Part shown: positions 57,570-64,000 of the stretch, piece by piece
Position numbering within the stretch: the stretch's first letter is position 1
Layout of the letters: each line of letters opens with the position of its first letter
Assembly (NCBI GenBank): GCA_963729715.1
Contig: CAVSPA010000006.1
Coordinates: forward strand, 135,748 to 199,747
DNA from: an uncultured delta proteobacterium
Lineage (GTDB): Bacteria; Desulfobacterota; Syntrophia; Syntrophales; UBA2185
Length of the DNA stretch: 64,000 bases
Direction: 5' to 3'
Program-made: the position numbers and the translations under genes
The notes under the pieces: generated by a model
The model's input: only the letters and a program-made list of their open reading frames with translations
Databases searched by the model: none
What the model was told of the DNA's origin: nothing

Positions 57570-58775
57570 ATGAGGATAAAAAATTTAGATACGGGCAGGA
57601 TAGGAATTATCGGGCCGGGGAGGCTCGGCACGTCCCTCGCGTATAAGTTCGGCAGGGATAATAAAAGGGTAACCCTCTATTATCATGATACCGACGTATG
57701 CCGTGCGATCAATACGGATCACCTCAATCCCAAACACCTTACCAAGGAACTTGCGCGCAGACTCGGTGGTATGGACAATGTACCCAGGTTATCTCCTACG
57801 GTCTATGCAACGAATGACCTGGAGCGCGTCGTTGACGATAACGATTTCATTTTTCTTACGATCACCATGAACAGGCTTCCGGAGTTTCTGGATTACCTGA
57901 AGCCGATGCTTGAAAAGAAAGCTGGAGACACGTGCCTTGTCACTCCGATCAAGGGTCTTATTTCCGATGAGATCACGAAGGAACTGATCACGCCATCGCA
58001 ACTGATAAACAATAATCTGTTAAATTTGAAGGAAAAGTATGAAGTGGTATGTATCGGCGGCCCCTTCTTTGATATGGATATCATGCTGGGGCACCCCGTA
58101 TGCGTCACCGTGGCAGGGGAAAAAAATATAGCAAAGATAATAAGAGATGAGATCATAAGGTTCAACCGCAGGGAATTCACGTCATTCTATAATTTTGATA
58201 TTGTCGGGGTCGAGGCGTGCGGTGCTCTCAAAAACATTGTGGCAAACATCATGGGAGTCCTGCATTCTCTGGATCTTGGCGATTCAATCCCGGGCACCAT
58301 ATTTGCCAGGTCCGGCGTGGAGATACGCTCGCTCGCGAAATTGCTGGGAGGCGGTTTTCAGGCGTTTCACAGCCAGGCAGGAGTGGGAGATATGTATATA
58401 ACCCTGTCATCCGTCGCCAGCAAGAATTACCGGTATGGAAAATTTTATTACGAATTATATACGGGAAATCCCATTGAAACAAATATCAAGGTGCTTGAGA
58501 AGATCGATGGCACACCGGAAGGGCCGAATACCATAAGAAACGTAAATAAATATCTGGAAAAGAAAAATATGTACAGCCCGCTTTTTCATTGCGCCTATAA
58601 GATATTTAATGAAGTGGGGCATAAGAAGGATATCAAAGAGCAGATCATCCAGGCGTGCCAATACGACAGAAGAACGAGAGAGTATATCGGGCCCGTATCG
58701 AGGGTGCTATATAAACTCTTTCCCAACTTGTGGTACCGAAGGCATAAAGGGCTGCTGTCGAACCTCGAAGTATAA
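57570..58775 (+). CDS. NAD(P)H-dependent glycerol-3-phosphate dehydrogenase-like protein (divergent GpsA family with ~70-aa C-terminal extension)
   Basis: N-terminal Rossmann IGIIGPGRLGTSLA and ...VEACGALKNIVANIMGV..., as in GpsA, but long inserts and an extended tail. Confidence 0.6.
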   Translation: MRIKNLDTGRIGIIGPGRLGTSLAYKFGRDNKRVTLYYHDTDVCRAINTDHLNPKHLTKELARRLGGMDNVPRLSPTVYATNDLERVVDDNDFIFLTITMNRLPEFLDYLKPMLEKKAGDTCLVTPIKGLISDEITKELITPSQLINNNLLNLKEKYEVVCIGGPFFDMDIMLGHPVCVTVAGEKNIAKIIRDEIIRFNRREFTSFYNFDIVGVEACGALKNIVANIMGVLHSLDLGDSIPGTIFARSGVEIRSLAKLLGGGFQAFHSQAGVGDMYITLSSVASKNYRYGKFYYELYTGNPIETNIKVLEKIDGTPEGPNTIRNVNKYLEKKNMYSPLFHCAYKIFNEVGHKKDIKEQIIQACQYDRRTREYIGPVSRVLYKLFPNLWYRRHKGLLSNLEV

Positions 58776-58861
58776 CTGGGAGTGTCTCTGGCATTGGTAC
58801 GAGACAGGGATAATAGCAGGGCTTGGCAAAGCTCTCAATAAATACCAAAGGAGAACATGAT

Positions 58862-60223
58862 ATGGAACAGGTCAAGGTAGTATTGAACGACAACGAGATA
58901 CCGAAGCAATGGTACAACATCCAGGCAGACTTGCCGACTCCCATGAAGCCTCCGCTTCATCCGGGGACGGGGAAACCTGTCGGGCCTGATGATCTATCCC
59001 CTGTCTTCCCCATGAATCTCATAGAACAGGAAGTCAGCCAGCAGCGCTGGATTGACATTCCCGAACCTGTTCTGGAGAAATATCTCTTATGGCGACCGAC
59101 GCCACTTTACCGGGCCTTTAATTTTGAGAAACTCCTCGGCGCTCCTGTGAAGATATACTACAAGAATGAAGGCGTCAGCCCTGCCGGTTCGCATAAGCCG
59201 AATACAGCCATTGCCCAAGCCTACTACAATAAGATTTTTGGAATTAAGCGGCTCGCCACCGAAACCGGGGCAGGGCAGTGGGGAAGCGCGCTGGCCATGT
59301 CATGCAAGATGTTCGATCTTGAATGCAGGGTATATATGGTGAGGGTCAGCTACGAGCAGAAGCCTTACCGTCGCATGATGATGAATACGTGGGGAGCAGA
59401 ATGCATCCCCAGTCCGAGCACCATGACAAACGCAGGAAAGCAAGTGTTGGCGGAACACCCGGATTCGCCGGGCAGCCTTGGTATTGCCATCAGTGAAGCT
59501 GTTGAAGATGCCGTCACCCATAAAGACTCGCGCTATTCCCTCGGGAGTGTTCTGAATCACGTCCTCTTACACCAGACCATCATAGGCCTGGAGGCGCAGA
59601 AGCAGATGAAAAAGATAGGCGTATATCCTGATGTCGTGATAGGCTGTGCAGGCGGAGGAAGCAATTTTGCCGGTATAGCCCTTCCATACACGAGAGATAA
59701 GATTCATGGCAAGAAAGTCCAGATCATCGCCGCGGAACCGACATCATGCCCGACCATGACCAAAGGACCATTTGCCTATGACTTCGGTGACCTTGCCAAA
59801 ATGACGCCCCTCCTTCCCATGCATACCTTGGGACACGACTTTGTGCCTGCGCCCATACACGCAGGAGGATTGCGCTATCACGGCATGGCCCCCATCGTCA
59901 GCCACCTCGTCAATGAAAAATTGGTTGAGGCGAGGGCATATAACCAAATGGAGACCTTTGATGCGGGCGTGAAGTGGGCCCGGACCGAAGGTTTTATACC
60001 GGCGCCGGAAACGAATCACGCCATTGCCGCCGTGGTGGATGTGGCCATGAAAGCGAAACAGGAAGGCAAGGAGAAAATCATCCTATTCGATTGGAGCGGC
60101 CACGGCCTAGTTGACCTTGCCGCTTATGACGCCTATTTCGCGGGAAAGCTTGAGGCCTATGAGCTGCCGGATGATGAGATACGGAGAGCATTGAAGGCCA
60201 TTGAGGGACTGCCGAAGCCATAA
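58862..60223 (+). CDS. TrpB2-type tryptophan synthase beta-like PLP enzyme
   Basis: [25 protein letters not shown]...[23 protein letters not shown]...[16 protein letters not shown]. TrpB2 hallmark N-terminus and PLP lysine motif. The track start at 58823 is upstream of the conserved start. Confidence 0.75.
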   Translation: MEQVKVVLNDNEIPKQWYNIQADLPTPMKPPLHPGTGKPVGPDDLSPVFPMNLIEQEVSQQRWIDIPEPVLEKYLLWRPTPLYRAFNFEKLLGAPVKIYYKNEGVSPAGSHKPNTAIAQAYYNKIFGIKRLATETGAGQWGSALAMSCKMFDLECRVYMVRVSYEQKPYRRMMMNTWGAECIPSPSTMTNAGKQVLAEHPDSPGSLGIAISEAVEDAVTHKDSRYSLGSVLNHVLLHQTIIGLEAQKQMKKIGVYPDVVIGCAGGGSNFAGIALPYTRDKIHGKKVQIIAAEPTSCPTMTKGPFAYDFGDLAKMTPLLPMHTLGHDFVPAPIHAGGLRYHGMAPIVSHLVNEKLVEARAYNQMETFDAGVKWARTEGFIPAPETNHAIAAVVDVAMKAKQEGKEKIILFDWSGHGLVDLAAYDAYFAGKLEAYELPDDEIRRALKAIEGLPKP

Positions 60224-60248
60224 ATAAATATAGCCTTCCATAAACGCT

Positions 60249-60298
60249 TAAGCCGTCAGGGGAAAAACAAGATTCCCCTTGACGGCTTATTTGTTTTT
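60249..60298 (+). terminator. rho-independent terminator after the TrpB2 gene
   Basis: AAGCCGTCAGGGG-loop-CCCCTTGACGGCTT followed by ATTTGTTTTT. Confidence 0.65.
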
Positions 60299-60320
60299 AG
60301 ACATGGTATGGGCATTCCTC

Positions 60321-60436
60321 AATTCTGTAGCGAGCGCAGTCCCCGCAGCCTGCTGCGGGGTAAGCGAGCGACTGACGAACGAAAACTGTTCCTTAAGAAT
60401 CGAAGATTCTCCGCAGCTTGCTACGGAGAGCTTCAA
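60321..60436. repeat. ~115-bp hairpin-rich intergenic repeat (copy B)
   Basis: Pairs with 50417-50531. Contains the perfect hairpin CCCCGCAG-cctg-CTGCGGGG, GAATC-gaa-GATTC, and CTCCGCAGC...CGGAG. Confidence 0.7.
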
Positions 60437-60736
60437 GTGGCATTATTAATACAGCGAGCTGATATCGTGGATAAGTATGACCAATTAGAACTCAGGTGTG
60501 CACGGCTTGGGGGTGAGGTCAAGTTCTCATACTGCCGGAAGGAGGGCGGGAACCTGCCGTGCCTTCGTGTCATCAATTGCTGGTATCCCTTTTTCCCCAT
60601 AGAACAGTATCTGAGAGAGACCATGACTGAAGAGTCATGGAACGCTTTTGTCGGTCAGATGCCTAAAGACAAAATCACTACGCTTATCGAACTCGTTGAG
60701 GCGGCGAAAAAAAGTGCTCAAATCAAAGATGAATGA
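60437..60736 (+). CDS. small Cys-containing hypothetical protein translationally coupled to rarA
   Basis: In-frame GTG at 60437 or 60467. ...DKYDQLELRCARLGGEVKFSYCRKEGGNLPCLRVINCWYPFFPIEQYLRETMTEESWNAFVGQMPKDKITTLIELVEAAKKSAQIKDE*. Its stop overlaps the rarA ATG in an ATGA. The track ORF start at 60308 lies inside the repeat and is unlikely. Confidence 0.5.
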   Translation: MALLIQRADIVDKYDQLELRCARLGGEVKFSYCRKEGGNLPCLRVINCWYPFFPIEQYLRETMTEESWNAFVGQMPKDKITTLIELVEAAKKSAQIKDE

Positions 60737-62097
60737 CTATTATGGATCTCTTTGATCAGAAAGATACCGACATCGATCTTAGTCCTCTGGCAGACAAAGT
60801 GCGCCCCCGGGCTCTTGACGAATTCATCGGGCAGTCACACCTCCTGGGCCCAGGCAGCCTGCTTCGGCGCGCCATTGAAGAAGACAGGCTTTTCTCGATG
60901 ATCTTCTGGGGACCGCCCGGCTCCGGAAAGACCACCCTGGCCCGCGTCATTGCCCATGAAACAAAATCCCATTTTGTGAGCTTCTCTGCGGTTCTTTCGG
61001 GCGTTAAAGAGATCAGGTCTGTTGTTGATGAGGCGCAATCTCAATGGCGCTACCACCGTAAGAAGACGATCCTCTTTGTAGATGAAATCCACAGATTCAA
61101 CAAGGCACAGCAGGACGCCTTCTTGCCCCATGTCGAAAAAGGCCTTATTACACTCATTGGTGCGACTACGGAGAATCCCTCTTTTGAAGTAATCTCGCCG
61201 CTGCTATCCAGGACGCGGGTCATGCTGCTCAAGCCTTATTCGAACAGCGAACTGGCGGTTATTATCAACCGGGCCGTGCATGACAAAGAAAAAGGCTTCG
61301 GAGACCTTGCTCTTGAGATAGAGCCGGATGCCATTGAGCATATCATATGGTCAGCCGACGGAGACGCGCGCATGGCCTTAAACAACCTCGAGGCAGCAGC
61401 GTCTCTCCTGCGGAATGAGCAGATAGGCGCAAGAAAAATTACGCGCGCCGTAGTGGAGGAAGCCCTCCAGAAGAAGGCGTTGCAGTATGACAAGGGAGGG
61501 GAGGAACACTACAATCTCATCTCGGCGTTTCACAAGAGCCTTCGCGGCAGTGACCCTGACGCCGCCCTCTACTGGTTGGGCCGCATGCTTGCCGCCGGCG
61601 AAGACCCTCTCTACATAGCCAGGCGCATGGTGAGATTCGCTTCCGAGGACGTTGGCAACGCCGATCCTGCAGCCTTGGGGATATCGGTTTCGGCCATGCA
61701 GGCGTTTCATTTTATCGGTCTCCCTGAAGGGGAACTCGCCCTGGCCCAGGCCGCCGTTTACCTTGCTACTGCTCCCAAGAGCAATTCACTTTATGTGGCT
61801 TACGGCAAGGTCAAAGAAAGGATAAGTGAAACCGGCACCCTCGCCGTGCCGCTTCATATAAGGAATGCTCCGACACGGTTGATGAAAGATCTTGGCTATG
61901 GCAAGGGGTATCAGTATGCCCATGAATTTGAGGATGCCTATGTTCCCCAAGACTATCTGCCGGACGAACTCATGGGAGAGGTATATTACAGGCCTACGGC
62001 AAGGGGACATGAGAAGGTCATCAAAGATAGAATCGAGAAGTGGCGAAAGCTGCGAGAATCGACGCATGAACGAGGCAAAAAAAAGGGGGAGACGTGA
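60733..62097 (+). CDS. rarA: replication-associated recombination protein A (RarA/MgsA AAA+ ATPase)
   Basis: LRPRALDEFIGQSHLLGPGSLLRRAIEEDRLFSMIFWGPPGSGKTTLARVIA...ILFVDEIHRFNKAQQDAFLPHVE...SLRGSDPDAALYWLGRML. Confidence 0.95.
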   Translation: MTIMDLFDQKDTDIDLSPLADKVRPRALDEFIGQSHLLGPGSLLRRAIEEDRLFSMIFWGPPGSGKTTLARVIAHETKSHFVSFSAVLSGVKEIRSVVDEAQSQWRYHRKKTILFVDEIHRFNKAQQDAFLPHVEKGLITLIGATTENPSFEVISPLLSRTRVMLLKPYSNSELAVIINRAVHDKEKGFGDLALEIEPDAIEHIIWSADGDARMALNNLEAAASLLRNEQIGARKITRAVVEEALQKKALQYDKGGEEHYNLISAFHKSLRGSDPDAALYWLGRMLAAGEDPLYIARRMVRFASEDVGNADPAALGISVSAMQAFHFIGLPEGELALAQAAVYLATAPKSNSLYVAYGKVKERISETGTLAVPLHIRNAPTRLMKDLGYGKGYQYAHEFEDAYVPQDYLPDELMGEVYYRPTARGHEKVIKDRIEKWRKLRESTHERGKKKGET

Positions 62098-62121
62098 TGT
62101 CTCCCCAAGGTCAGGAGGAGT

Positions 62122-62146
62122 GAAGGTGTTCACCTTCTTAGTTTTG
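62122..62146 (+). terminator. rho-independent terminator after rarA
   Basis: GAAGGTG-tt-CACCTTC followed by TTAGTTTTGG. Confidence 0.55.
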
Positions 62147-62590
62147 GAGTTTACTACCGGCCAATCATGCCCGTTTATTAACCGATAATTAACTTGTTGT
62201 TATGCTTTCAGAATGCATATGTCATGCCATGATCTTGTAAGTTTATATAAGTTGTTTATATCACAGCACTAATGAGAGTATATCTGAGGCAAATGGCATG
62301 TATGCCGTGGGAAAGGAAGGGCAATAAATGTCGATGCGGAATAACGGTAAATATTTATAGTGCTTGAAAAAACAAGTAGTTAAGGGATAAACGTCAATTG
62401 TTTTTGGGATCGACATAATTGTCGGATTTTATTTTTCCAGAAAAAAGAAGTCATTGACTTTTAATTCTGATGAAATATGATGGCATGCACTCCAAAAGAC
62501 AGCAGAAATGCCGCATCCCTTCGGTGAATACGAATTGGGTATTTCGAGATAAAGAAGAATATAAATAATAACTTGCATAGGCATTCGCAG

Positions 62591-64000
62591 ATGAAGACGC
62601 AGAATAAAGTTATATGGCAGCAGCACCGCACTCCCGACTATGGCCGACGTTTTTTGCAGCCCATCGCTGTTACGATTGTCTGCAGCGTTTTCATCTGTCT
62701 TATCTTGATCATGGGGATCATGGACATCCGGCGAAGTGACAGGAGCCTCATGGGCTTCATGGAGAGCCAGGGCCTGGCCATAATCGGTGTCGTCGAGAGG
62801 CTCGCCCAGGAAAACCTCAATGCGCTGATTCAGGCGTATCAGAGGGATAGCGGCGGTACCTTTGCTCCCCCTGTTGATGAGGCCTTATTACCGCAGAAGT
62901 CACTGACCGCTGCGCTTGTGGATATGGGACGCGAAATTGATAATCAATGGAAGGCAAATCACCTGAGCGATGAATATCTGAGGAAATTTGCAGAAGAGAA
63001 GGGGCTGTGGTTTGTTGCCGTCTTGGATAGAAGGGGAAAGGTCGTCTACCAGAACAGGGCTCTCCATGCGGATCTTACTGATGGGGATGCGAACAGGGTT
63101 TTGGGAAGAGATGCCATCACTATTGATCTTTTCTCACGACTCGGCAAGGACAAGAAGATCGGGTTTGTGGCACTACGGCGCACAGATGGCAGTGGGACAG
63201 TCATCATCGCTCTGGATCGCGACGGGCAGCGATATTGGGGCATTAAGGTATCGGTGGAAAAGGCCCTGGAAAGATTGGGACAGGGACAGGGTTTGGTCTA
63301 TATTAAGGTCATGGATCAGCGAGACATGATCCTGGGCAGTTCTGGGCAAGCACCTGATACAGAGGAACAAGGCAAGATGCGTATCGATGAAATCCTTGCC
63401 GGCACAAAAAAATTTGAAAGCAAAAAGATTGTCTCCCACGGCAAAAAAATCCTGGAGATGGCTGCACCCATATACCTGTTTGGCAGGGTGGCAGGGGTTG
63501 CTAGGCTTGGTCTTGATAGCGAGGGAACGGATGAAATTCTTGCTGAGAACAAGCGTAATATGATCTTCTTTATGTCATCGGTTATTCTAATTACGCTTTT
63601 GGCAATGTGGATACTCTATCACAATCAGAATAGGCATCTGGCGGGGATCGTCGAGATGGAAAGGCAGCTCGAAAAAGCCGAGAGACTGTCTGCCCTTGGG
63701 CAGCTCGCCGCAGGCGTCGCGCACGAGATTCGCAATCCACTTAATGCCATAAGTATGGCCAGTCAGAGACTTAAGCGGGAGTTTATGCCGGCAGATGACG
63801 ACAAGATCAAGGAGTTCCAGACACTAGCCAGTGTTATTCGCGACGAAATCAGACGTCTGGATGGGATTATCGAGGAGTTTCTGACATTCTCAAAGAGCCG
63901 GCGTTTGGAGCTGCACGACTACCCCGTTGCCGAGGTTCTTCAGAAGATTGTCAATCTCATCCAGGAAGAGGCGAAATTGAAAGGTATCACTCTGGAAACC
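62591..64000 (+). CDS. membrane sensor histidine kinase (N-terminal part; continues beyond window end)
   Basis: Manual translation from ATG 62591: TM segment, periplasmic-type sensor region, second TM, then HisKA (ERLSALGQLAAGVAHEIRNPLNAI). Absent from the track because there is no stop inside the window. Confidence 0.75.
   Translation, partial: MKTQNKVIWQQHRTPDYGRRFLQPIAVTIVCSVFICLILIMGIMDIRRSDRSLMGFMESQGLAIIGVVERLAQENLNALIQAYQRDSGGTFAPPVDEALLPQKSLTAALVDMGREIDNQWKANHLSDEYLRKFAEEKGLWFVAVLDRRGKVVYQNRALHADLTDGDANRVLGRDAITIDLFSRLGKDKKIGFVALRRTDGSGTVIIALDRDGQRYWGIKVSVEKALERLGQGQGLVYIKVMDQRDMILGSSGQAPDTEEQGKMRIDEILAGTKKFESKKIVSHGKKILEMAAPIYLFGRVAGVARLGLDSEGTDEILAENKRNMIFFMSSVILITLLAMWILYHNQNRHLAGIVEMERQLEKAERLSALGQLAAGVAHEIRNPLNAISMASQRLKREFMPADDDKIKEFQTLASVIRDEIRRLDGIIEEFLTFSKSRRLELHDYPVAEVLQKIVNLIQEEAKLKGITLET

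Noticed and set aside
1-64000. tRNA, rRNA or CRISPR arrays
   Set aside because: No T-loop-like GTTCGAATC/GGTTCGA motifs, no rRNA-like stretches and no regularly spaced direct repeats were seen by eye. A tRNAscan/Infernal run would be needed to be certain.

Overview
This 64 kb window has the gene content and ~50% GC of a deltaproteobacterium or sulfate-reducer relative. The core genes are housekeeping:
- a glycerolipid DUF374 acyltransferase-like gene;
- an 8-PAS hybrid sensor kinase and two other kinase/regulator loci;
- cspA-like and RRM RNA-binding proteins;
- an HlyD/EmrB efflux pair;
- amtB-glnK-glnA flanked by two SPFH/flotillin proteins;
- an HD-domain dGTPase-like gene plus a class III RNR (NrdD)-like gene;
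- gmhA-grpE-dnaK;
- surE, a UspA gene, a Crp/Fnr regulator with a ferredoxin-like gene, and a 5'-nucleotidase;
- a porin;
- a TunR-like regulator with a tupA-tupA-tupB-tupC tungstate ABC transporter;
- a GpsA-like/TrpB2 pair, and rarA.
Mobile and degraded DNA is interspersed:
- an IS110 N-terminal remnant;
- an intact IS256-family transposase;
- an IS200/IS605 tnpA inserted next to one copy of a ~115 bp hairpin-rich repeat that recurs three times;
- a frameshifted, internally deleted adenylate-cyclase/AAA/TPR gene;
- an orphan frameshifted HEPN gene;
- a frameshifted nitroreductase;
- several frameshifts that sit on homopolymer runs.
The most interesting locus is 22.6-26.5 kb. Two adjacent plus-strand genes, hidden from the ORF track by in-frame TGA codons, encode a signal-peptide HMA (MerP-like) protein and a signal-peptide rhodanese. 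Each has a C-x-U motif at the active-site position, and each has a 19-nt CAG...CTG hairpin exactly 14 nt downstream of the TGA, which looks like a bacterial SECIS. They converge on a minus-strand operon: Cys-rich lipoprotein, membrane cNMP-binding protein with a Cys-less rhodanese, MauE/DoxX membrane protein, lipoprotein. Together this looks like a periplasmic selenium/sulfur/metal-handling module. A second notable item is an NrdD-like protein that has Gln where the glycyl-radical Gly is expected and has no adjacent activase. No rRNA, tRNA or CRISPR was recognised by eye.
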